NCBI RefSeq assembly: GCF_964204645.1
Contig: NC_134027.1
Coordinates: forward strand, 15,160,485 to 15,224,484
Source of the DNA: Tubulanus polymorphus
Lineage: Eukaryota; Animalia; Nemertea
DNA length: 64,000 nt
Direction of reading: 5' to 3'
The translations under genes were made by a program, and so were the position numbers. Below, one piece after another: positions 50,522-61,438 of the stretch (position 1 is its first letter; each line of letters opens with the position of its first letter). The notes under the pieces were generated by a model. It was not told the origin of the DNA. It ran no database searches and worked only from the letters and a program-made list of their open reading frames with translations.

Positions 50522-51776
50522 CAGGGTGGCAAAATAATAAACGACATACCGGACCCGACAGTTGTAAGTGACAAAGTTAACTCTTGAGTTAAAATCATTT
50601 AATTTTCAATCAAGAGTCAAATGTTACTCAGAACTGTGGAACTGGGTCCAGTATCTTGAACAAAAATGTAAACAACTGACCAGGAAGAAGCCATTTTTTT
50701 TGTTTTGTGTAGGGACCATGTTTGCAGTTAGTATGCACATTCTGAATATGCTCGACGCTGACGAGATGGCTGAGATCCATGTTTTGATGCGTGATGTTTC
50801 CTTTCGTCTTGCCAGTTTCTCCAGTTTCTTTTCGAAGGCTGAAAAACAAATTTAATATATCATTTATGAAAACAAGGAATTCTTTGTTCACAAATCCTTT
50901 CAGAAATTAAACCTCACGCTAAAGGAAGAATCAAGCTAGGGGCACATTTTTTGATCGCGATGACATGACCAGCATGAATAATCAGCCGAAAATATCAAAC
51001 ATGTTTGATGTAGGCGAACATTTAAGTCTGATGGAAAAATCATAGTCACCGTGACAGGCAAATTTTTTGGACAATTTCTGAAAGCATCGAGAGCGGGCAA
51101 AGAAATATTCCTGTGTGGCCAAGTTTTATGGAGTGCAGAATTCTTGAAAGTTTTTTTAGTTTTTACCTTTTATACAGTACCAACAATCATAGAAATGTGG
51201 TATTTTCCAAACTTCACTAGTCCATTTCCGATGCATATCTGTAATAAGTGCAGTAATACTGCAGTCCTTAACCCTTTTATAACAACGCTTCAGGCCTTCC
51301 AACTCCATAGCATTCGATGATGAAACTTCATTACACTAAAAAATATAACACGCTTAAAATTACATATAAAGTCGTAAAAGTCCAATACCGTAAATTTACC
51401 AAATATATATTATTGACATAGGGGCTACTAAAAATGTTTTTTTCAAATACAGAATTTCATTTTAGACCCACCTATACAAGTTCTGATACAAGAATTTTAT
51501 TATTTTCTATATCCATTAACGTGTAAGCGCAGTACTTCGCCGAATGTCCTGGTGTGTCACAACTTCCATCTCCGCCTAGCAACAATGATCTTGAACCAAT
51601 CGAATCGAACAGACCAGACTGTTAAATCTCCCAACATTTCCTTACTGCGGTATGGACATATAAATGAAATATGAAAATGAAAAATATTAATTTCTATGTA
51701 CATATTGATCGACGAGTGGACGAATTGGAAGAATGGTACGAGTATAAATATAATATTTGTATTCTATATTAAATTT

Positions 51777-51779
<3 letters not shown>

Positions 51780-51863
<84 letters not shown>
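51780..51863. repeat. (TA)n microsatellite
   Basis: Pure TA run. Confidence 0.95.
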
Positions 51864-51868
<5 letters not shown>

Positions 51869-54004
51869 TGTTACATCACCATCAGTATCCGTATCGGACG
51901 ACTCGCTGCAACTGGGAAAATATTCTTCATCCGTTTGTTCCCTTACCTCCTCTTCACTACTCGAGCTTTCACTATGGGCTACACAATTGAATGCTCTTTT
52001 TTTGCGGGGCGTCATCTCAGTGCTCCTTGACCTTGTGACCTTTCGTGTAACTGATTTGAAATGGTTAAATCTTTTTCAGGGAAATGTCGGCGGCAACATA
52101 CAGGTCTCCACTTCAATGTCTGGATGCCTGTGATAAATACGGGAACACATACTATAAAATTATCACTAGTTGTAATCAAACAACTAGAAGTAAGGCCTAA
52201 TAAAAAGTCAAGGACTTTTCTTAGGGCTAGGTATTAAAACTTTATTTACAGAGTTGAAATCTGTTTGTACCGCTATTGTCTGCCACTGATCTTCACCTTC
52301 TTCATTATGAATATCATCATCACCTCCATTTTCTGGTTCTAACACTTCTTCAGCCGATAAATCTGTGACGACTGTGCTGCATAAATCAATCCGTTGCCTT
52401 TTCTCGAATGCTGACCTGCCCTTGGGCCTGGGTGGGCTTAAAAAGCCTTGGTTTTGTAAGCCTATCTGGCCAGCATCATTCTCATTTTCATCAGTGACAT
52501 GGACTGATGGTACTGCATCAGGTTTTAATCGTAAACTGAAAATGAAAAATGCATACTTTATTCATATTTTCAATTCAATCCAATAAATTTAATTTACTTT
52601 AGGCCTATTTCAGTGAATCGTCGAAATACATGTCAATAAATACCCATACAGAGAAGGAAAACGCATGAACAATAGTTCATTCATCACCTTTTACAAAACC
52701 CCGAATTATACTCTATCCAGTTGGAGAAATCGGCTATTGTGAAGTGTTTCCGACACAATACACTCCTCGAAACCGGTTTCCCATTGTCCCTCTTTACACC
52801 GACGAATTTAGTCCACTGTCTCGCTCTAGGCGCATCAGTAGGCCATTTAAATAATCCTTGGTCATGTGTTCTACAATTGTAGTACACACATCGGCTTGGC
52901 ATTGCTTTATTTACGACTTTTAAACGATTTTTAGAAACATTATCACTGCACGAACAACGCTATTATAACGCTATAGAAAACTGCCGTTTACTTCCGTGAT
53001 CTGGCGGTGACGTCATCCCGAAGATTCCCGGAAATAGCCGAACGATCTAGAGACTATTACTCGGTGCTGAAAATCGGCGTTCAAATCCCTCAAAATCGAC
53101 TTTGTTTAATAAATTTTGAAGTCAACGTATTTCGATTATGATATATACAAAGATTTGATGTCTAGAAAAAATTCAAAGTGTTCAGGTGTCCTTTAATTTT
53201 TCTAAGTTTTATAAAATACGTAATGAATTCAATATTAACTCAAATAATGATTTTAGAGCAAAAATTGGTACAATGGGTGGATTAGGAATATTATATACTA
53301 AAGAATTTGGTAAAATAATAACAAATACAGATAACAAATACAATAAGAACACTAAATTGGAATGAATTACCAAAATATTATAATAATATACAACAACAAA
53401 ACAATAATGGATGGATTAATTTTATTTTAGAAAATAGTGAAGGTTTTACTAAATCAGGTATACGAAGAATAAATCAATCTATTAGAACTTATTTAATTTG
53501 TATTCTAGGTGCACAGGTTGAAACAAGATCACCAATAGTTGGAAATGATAATACTTCATTTGACGCGCAGAAACAATTTAAATTTTTAATTGAAGATTCA
53601 ATTCATAATGATAAAAATAGATCGATTCCAGTAAATATAGTCAGGTACCAAAATTATTTAGATAAATCTCATGTAAGATTAAATTATTGTATAGGCCCTA
53701 ATTTATTAATTATTTCTGATGATTTAATATTAAAAATGGGAAATATAATTGGTTATAATAATTTAATTTGAAAAAACATATTCAATCAACAGAAACTAAA
53801 ACTCAGAATATTAAATTGGATAATGATTCTAAAATAAAAGATTACAATACATCAGAAAATATAAAAACTGATATTATTCAACATGAAAAAATTAAAACTA
53901 ATAGTGATAATAAATCACATGAAAATACTAAATCGGCTATAACTTGTATAGGAATTGTAATAGGAGGAATATTATATTTAAAATTTTAATTTTTTATTAT
54001 ATAA

Positions 54005-55598
54005 ATGGATGAAGAAATTCCATTGAATGGCATGGATCCTTTAGATGAACCTGGTATAAGTGATGAACCACAACCTGAATTTAATTAAACTAATATTGAT
54101 AATGATGATGGATCAGCATATAATACTAATTTAGGTGAAGATGATTCTAGTGGGCCTATATTATATGATTATGATGAATTTTAAGGATTTTAATTTTAAT
54201 GAAAAATTAATAGATTATTTAGAATCCCTCGATGAGAAAATAATTAAAACTAAGCCAGAAAGAAAAGATAGATTAGAAAGAACAAAAAACCCTGAATTGA
54301 AAAACCAATTAGTAATTATAAAATATAGTGTAACAAATACAGTTATTGAAGAATTATTACCAAAAAATGTAACAGATAACATTGAACCGTAAGATATTTC
54401 AGAACAAATTAGAAAAGATGACATACATTTCATGAATAATTTAGAATTTAGAAATGATTCATGGTATTGTTGAATTAAATAACAAAACTGTATCAATTCA
54501 ATTATCTAAAATGGGACAAGAAGATCTGTACCATCCTGAAATGCGAGCAGGATCTTCAATTGAACATTCTAAAGGTGGTACAAAATTTTTCAGAATTATA
54601 TGGAATGCACTCGATAGAATAAATGAAGAAGAACCAAATGTTGGTATTGATATTAACAAATATTCACCATTTAAAAATCCAAATTTAAATCCTACTTATG
54701 TTGATCCAAAAAGGGAAGAGTATGGAGATCGATTAAATAAATTAAGAACTTCAACACCAGAAACATCGAGAAGAGATATTCAACCAATTGATAATGATTC
54801 AAGTCAATTACAATTAGGAAAACATTTAGATAACTTACTGGATACAATGAATTCATTTGAAGAAGATATGATTAGTATTTTAGACACACCCGGTACTGAA
54901 ACTGGAACAAATCGAATGCAACCTTTATTAAAAAAGTGATTACTTGATTTAAATGAAGAACAATTAAAAATATTTCCTGAACAAGCACGTAGAGAAATTA
55001 AAGGTATGCAAGAATCAGCTGGTGGAATTGCTAATATTAAGATGAGATTTTCTAAAATAACCACGTTAGAAAAATAATTAACTGACGCAAATGAAAACAA
55101 TTAGAATTAAATAAAGATCTTCAAGTGATTGCTTAGCTTTAGAAAAAGAAATTGATGATTTAAAATATAACAAAGAATTACAGGAAAAAGAAAGAGATAT
55201 ATTATTGAAATCATATGATCTTAATCATATCAAACAATTATTTTTTAATTCTAAGTTATTTTTAAAGATTTAATAATACAACCAGATTCTAAAATAACAT
55301 TGAAAGACAGAATAAGATTATTATTTAAGTTAGAAAGTATAACAATTCTTTCAATTCTAACAGCTGTAACTAAGATATTTACAACAATTGGTTTAGCCCT
55401 ATCAAATTCACTGAAATCTACACCAAATCTAAAAAATCTGCTGCAGCTTTACCCGGAATTATTGCATCAATTGTTGGTTTTATATTGAAATCTGAAATTT
55501 GAAATATTCTTAACTTTGCTGCAGAACATATTATCTTATTTTTAATTACTGTTGTAAGTGCTATTATTTTTGGGTTAGTGAACATGATCAAAAATAAA
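54005..55598 (+). pseudogene. Polinton protein of unknown function with coiled-coil and C-terminal transmembrane segments
   Basis: ATAAATG start at 54005, fragmented ORFs, and hydrophobic ends (ITILSILTAV...IGLAL; HIILFLITVVSAIIFGLV). Confidence 0.5.
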
Positions 55599-55621
55599 TA
55601 ATTAATTTTTTTCTTAAATAA

Positions 55622-56826
55622 ATGAGTGGGAGTTACATAAATCCTTCTAAGAATTCAAGAATATCTAATGCTATTAAAGCAGAGAGATCTCATCATATAA
55701 TTACTCATAATCCTTCTTATATTAATCCTTATTAAACTTTATATGTTAGAATCCTTCGATTAACACAAAATACTTTTTATGTTGCGAATAGTATTTGTTT
55801 ATCAGCTGATATAAAAGTAACTGGCCATGATAATAATTATGTTGTTGATATTGTTGGAAGATATTTGATTAAAAAATTAACTATAAAGATTGGACCAGAA
55901 ACAGTTTTTCCATTAGATGATTATAATTTATTTATACATTATAAGGATTTATGGTTAACAAAAGAAAATAGAAATAATATGATATTTCAAAGTGCCAATC
56001 AGAAAACCATAATAAATTAAGATCAGAAGCTAATAATGCAATAATAACTAATGCTACAGATAATTTGATAAAAAATACTTATGGAAGCAAATATAAAATT
56101 CCATTAGATTTTGAATTGATAAATAATAATGCGCCTTTATATAAATATGCAATTCAAGAAGATATTATATTCGAAATAACATTTGCTCCTGTTAATGAAA
56201 TTGTGCTATCTAGCGTTGTTAAAGATATGGGTTATAAATCATCAAATATATGTTTAGAATATGATACAGTAACTGATGAAAATATTTCAAGCATAATTCA
56301 AACTCAATACAATCAAGCATTTTCATTATTATATGATTATATTGATAAATTTAAAACTGTAACTATTAATGCAAATGATGAAATAATAAATGAGAATAAT
56401 TACTTCCCAAGAAGATCTATTTAAGTTATATTAATATTTTTTACCATTGCAACATATTCTAATGGCACAATACAGGTTGATAAGTATTATAAGCCTGAAA
56501 TAACAAAAGTAGAAATAACTATTGAAGGTATAGCAAATAAAATATTTTGTCAAGGAATGAGAATGATAGATCAATGGCCAGAAATTAGAAAACATTTTAT
56601 GAATGAAAAAATAAGATCATCTGAAAATTGTAATATTAATCAAATTGATTATTATACCGGTAATAAATACGCATTATGGTTAGATTTTAGAACAACTGAA
56701 GATAACTTATTACATGGATCTGGGAAAAAATTACAGAACACTAAAGATGGAATACAATTATTCATGACAAAGAAAAAAGGAAGTTTAAATTTCAAAATGC
56801 ACATTTATATCTGTGTTTTGAATTAA
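55622..56826 (+). pseudogene. Major capsid protein (double jelly-roll, Polinton type)
   Basis: About 400 codons across frames: HHIITHNPS..LYVRI, YKIPLDFELI, SNICLEYDTV, KVEITIEG and KYALWLDFRT..DNLLHGSG. The size and beta-rich pattern resemble Polinton major capsid proteins as recalled from marine invertebrates. Confidence 0.7.
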
Positions 56827-56858
56827 AATTTTAGTTTTAATAAAAAATTCTATAATAA

Positions 56859-57995
56859 ATGGAAGGAGGAATATATGAAATACAAAGTCCGAGTGAAATG
56901 ATATCAGATATATATTATATAATACCTTATGATGAATATGTTAAGTATTTTGGAGAATACTTTAATCAATTCAAATATAGAATAAGTAAAATAGAAAAGA
57001 ATATTGAATCTAAAATAGAAGATAATATTGAAACAAAAATAGAAGATAATATTGAACCTAAAAAAGAAGATAATATTAAAACTAAAAAAGAAGATAATGT
57101 TATACCTTCTAAAATAGAAGATAATGATGAACCTAAAAACGACGATAATATTGAAACTAAAAAAGAAGATAATATTGAATCTAAAAAAGAAGATAATATT
57201 GAAACTAAAAAAGAAGATGTAACAGAATCTACCTCTAACTATAAAATAGAAAAATCAAATGTTAAACCAAAAGATATCATTAGATGCACATATTGTGAAG
57301 ATTTTGATAATCATAATGATTATTTATTGCACATCAAAAAAGATGAACATATTTTACAATTAGTATAAACATATGCTAATATATATATATATAAAGATAA
57401 ATGCAAAGAAGAACTAAATTATTGTGCCTTCTGTAATGAATGTATAACAAAGACTAATTGGGCGAAACATTATAAATTAAAAACAAAAGGTGGAAATGAT
57501 TCAGCCCATGCAATACAGGTATTTAAATCTTGGTGTGAAAAATGTTAAGAATATGTAATATATGATTAACAATTGAATCATAGATACTCAATTAAACATA
57601 TAGGTACAGATAATGTAATAGAAAATCCATTAATTTTAAACCCGAAATTTAATAAAATGAATATATTAGATTATCGGTGGTATAGAAAAACATTTATAGA
57701 TTATTTCTCGAGTAATGATATAGTTACCATATTGAAAAAGTTAGATAACTTTAAACCAAATGTAACTTATGCAATGAACTTATTTGAACTTAAATATGAG
57801 GATTTTAGAGAATTTTTAAATAAACATCCATCTAAAACTGAAATCGAAAATTATATTCCAAAAATATTTTCAAGAGCAACATTCTATGAATATAAACTCG
57901 GGAATCATTTAGGAATTATAACAATGCCAATGAAAGGGAATATATTGTTAGAATATAATAAGCTTAAAGAAAAATATGAAAATGAAAAATATTAA
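56859..57995 (+). pseudogene. Zinc-finger protein(s) with KKEDNIET tandem repeats
   Basis: 8-aa repeats, followed by CTYC...H...H and YCAFCNEC...WAKH C2H2-like fingers; interrupted by stops. Confidence 0.55.
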
Positions 57996-58013
57996 TTTCT
58001 ATGTACATATTGA

Positions 58014-58340
<327 letters not shown>

Positions 58341-58479
58341 CTCATACACAATTGAAAATTCTATAATATTTTAAATTTTAAGTATTTTTGTATCTAATAC
58401 GTATCTAATACATATTGGGAGTTTTAGGTATTAAGGTATCTAATACGTATCTAATACATAAATGCTAAAAATGCCTTAT

Positions 58480-59080
58480 TTTATAAATTCATATTGATAG
58501 GGAAATTGTAGTCTCAGTAATAATTTTGAGCCTTTATTACTTTTTTATTTATTCATATATTCATCATGCAATTCAGTAGGTATAATTTGATTTTCTTCCA
58601 ATGATTGTTGCATAGATTTTCTATCTTTATTGTAGAAACTAAAAATCTTATATTCTCCCTAAAGTCTTTAACAATTGAATTATATTTTTGATTTAAAACC
58701 CATGTTGTTATCCCAAAATGTCTCCCAGAGAAAGCTAGATAACATAGCTCACTTTCTCTAACTTTCGAATTATGTAAATTTGCATAATCATCTATAATGA
58801 ATAATGTATTTGATCCTTTATAAATATCAATTGCTATTTTAATACAAATATCTAAATTTCCTTTTACTGTTTTAGGATTTAATATAATAAACTTTTTTAT
58901 CTTAACTATATCTCCATATGTTTTATTCATTTCATAAGTAGGGCAGAATAATATTATATTATCAAAATGATTCTTATGAATAGTTTCTAATAAATCTAAT
59001 ATGAAATGTGTTTTACCACAGTTGGTTACTCCAGGAACTAACATATTATGTGGTTCAAATATAAATAAATAATTATTCAT
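58480..59080 (-). pseudogene. Packaging ATPase (A32/FtsK-like)
   Basis: Walker A GVTNCGKT, Walker B LFIIDD, the A32-type motif SGRHFGITTWVLNQKY and FREN; frameshift near the C-terminus. Confidence 0.9.
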
Positions 59081-59667
59081 TCATTCTTTTAATTTTACTA
59101 GATAAAATCCATTCATTAAATTTATCATCATACCCTTTATATTTCACCAAAGAATTCTTTTTTCCTTTAAGAGTTTTTGTTTTCAATACTTTTTCTATTT
59201 TGTATTCTATTTCATCTGGATTCGGTACAAGTGATAATTCTTGTTCATAGAAATAACCTAATATTTCTTCATCTTTTAGATCTACTAATTTATATACAAA
59301 TGGTTTAGTTGATATTGTCTTTTTAATTTTAAATATTTCTTCAGTAAAATTTGGAGTATAACCTTTATAAAATGTTTTTCGATATTTAGATATTCTAACG
59401 TGTTGTCCAATTTTAATTCTTACATGTCGAATCTGCTTGCCATTGTTGATCAATATATGAAACCATAACTTTTCTTGTAAAATAATTTTTATCCATTTTC
59501 TTGTGGATTTGATATGTTGGTTGATTTTGTAACCATAATTTTAATTCACTATATTTTATATTTTCTTTATCAGTTTTAATTTTATCCCATAATTCTGAAA
59601 CACTAGAATATGATACTTCACTCTCTGGGTTATAATATAAATCTCTTAAATATTGTTCATTTTTCAT
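59073..59667 (-). pseudogene. Retroviral-type integrase with chromodomain, catalytic core deleted
   Basis: The N-terminus LRDLYYNP...WLQNQPTYQIHK...QQWQAD is fused directly to the C-terminal KIGQHVRISK...KGYTPNFTEEIF...GYFYEQEL and chromodomain YKIEKVL...LVKYKGYDDKFNEWI. Confidence 0.88.
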
Positions 59668-60109
59668 CTTATTCTAATCCATTAATGATAATCTTGGTTT
59701 ATTTTCAATGATTTTATCATTTGATTTATTTTCTGGTGTAATAGGTTTATCATCGGAATCATTATTATTAGATTTGAATTTATATTTATATATTACGCCA
59801 GAAAATATAATAACTGTTACTAATCCAATTGTTATATATAATTTATTATTACTTCCAGCAATAGAAGAATCAGATGGATTATCATTCGAATCAATAATAG
59901 ATAATTTAACAGAATTCTAATAAAATTAAAATAAAAATAATGGCTAGTTGAAGATATTGTTTTTTAAATATTTTTTATTTGAATTAGGATTCAATACCTC
60001 ACTACGTTTGTCTATCTATAGGAGCAGTTAAAATAACTGTCCAGATAAGTCATTTCGGATTCTCGGTATTGAATCATATTCCATAATTGTATAAATCTTT
60101 CAGCTTTAA

Positions 60110-60665
60110 TTATTTGATTATTATATAATTCATTATCAATTTTATCACGTTTAATTCTATTTTCTATTTTCGATAAAGGTTGAATATTCATCCAATTACA
60201 TATTGTTTTTATTTCAGATTCATCTTCTATTGTTGATAATGGGATAACATGATCTAACTCCCAATATTCTCCATGATTCTCAAATTTAATGTTATTATCG
60301 AACTGATATTCTATCCATGCTTTAAAAAATTCTATAGAACACCCTAAATAACCAATCTATCAGATTTTTGAATTTTTGAAAACTCTGTTCAAACTAGTTC
60401 TGTTAGTATGCTTTAATTTGAATAATGGATCTGAATTATATTTTACCTTTTGGTAATTATTGATATGTTCACGTTTATCTTTTATCCATTCTCTCGTGTA
60501 TTCTGGGTTATTTTCGTAAACCATCTTTGTAAAACTTCTGTTTGCAATATTCTGAAGATTGTTTATTTAATTCACACTTAGAACATATCTTATGATAAAT
60601 ATTTATAACACCAGCGTTATTTGTAATATTAATAATTTGTGGCTGTTTACTTTCCATTTACAATA
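60110..60665 (-). pseudogene. HNH-like endonuclease of the type seen in large DNA viruses
   Basis: KICSKC zinc motif, then YLGCSIEFFKAWIEYQF...NHGEYWELDHVIPLS...CNWMNIQPL; frameshifted. Confidence 0.65.
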
Positions 60666-60943
60666 TATGAATTTTTTTATTTTATTTGAAATCTATTTGA
60701 TAATTTCCGTCTGTTCGTCGCAAATCATAATTGTATATTTATTCTGTAAAATTGAAACAACCGAAAATAGAATATTCACCAAGCAGATTTACACAATACA
60801 TATACGAGTATGTTCGGTCGTTGTATTGACACAATTTATAGTTTCAACTAATACATCAATTGATTTATAATTCCAAACAGAACTTTTCAATTTCTGGATC
60901 ATTGTCAAACATTTTTTCAATATCGTTTAAATATTTTACTATA

Positions 60944-61438
60944 TCAGAAAATGACAAACTGGAAAAATTGGAATCTTTTATATGTAAATAATCTACCTAC
61001 GCTTCTTAATTTTCTTTCATGCCCGGCACTAATACTTATGTTTCTTTTTACCCAAGAAGCCCAAGAAATCCCCGCAGTTTGGTGATTAAACATTAAAAAC
61101 CCCCTATTTAAATAATCCCCGAAAATGATATGGTCCCATAGATGTTTTACTTTTTTAAATAATAAAGATCTATAGGTTTTTTTAAATATAACAGTTATTT
61201 CAGCAAATGATACTAAACCTTCTATTTCTTTAAAGCTTACATCTGTTTCATTTGTTAATTTTGATTTTAAAAACTTATGTAACTCATTTCCACTCATTTT
61301 ATTTTTTATTTTTGATTCTATTAACCCCAACAATATCTTTATATCCGTTTCTGGCAATTTTGGCAATGATTCCACCTTAGATTGCTTGTTTTGTATTATT
61401 TTTTCCAAAATTGATGCCATTTCATGGTAGTATTTCAA
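60944..61438 (-). CDS. Polinton hypothetical protein
   Basis: 164-aa ORF with the same composition and orientation as the neighbouring viral genes; no recognised domain. Confidence 0.45.
   Translation of the reverse strand: MKYYHEMASILEKIIQNKQSKVESLPKLPETDIKILLGLIESKIKNKMSGNELHKFLKSKLTNETDVSFKEIEGLVSFAEITVIFKKTYRSLLFKKVKHLWDHIIFGDYLNRGFLMFNHQTAGISWASWVKRNISISAGHERKLRSVGRLFTYKRFQFFQFVIF

Larger units (their letters stand above)
48106..52902 (-). pseudogene. Kolobok THAP-DDE transposase, multi-exon, disrupted
   Basis: THAP exon MPSRCVYYNC...FKWP...QW...LCRKHF. Core fragments SSNAMELEGLKR...LITD, QTSNIECFHKIINHFAPKMIHFSY and LYVAIMHYNENSERAQ. GT-AG introns carry nested elements, and the exon near 51865 runs into foreign sequence. 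Confidence 0.82.
46375..53192. mobile_element. Kolobok DNA transposon inserted in the Polinton
   Basis: TIR aggacacctgaacacttt / aaagtgttcaggtgtcct; TTAA TSD at 46371-74 and 53193-96; two convergent spliced genes (KolX-like and THAP-DDE transposase). Confidence 0.92.
45938..53989 (+). pseudogene. Polinton gene of unknown function split by the Kolobok insertion
   Basis: The reading ...QLNFAVYCATTGCG...LFRFHTYFQIK...CPLPG...NYNI resumes after the TTAA at 53193 and ends in a hydrophobic C-terminus (ITCIGIVIGGILYLKF). Confidence 0.65.

Noticed and set aside
51696-52133. ORFs with IYIYIY runs (also 57992-58255)
   Set aside because: Translation of (TA)n microsatellites.
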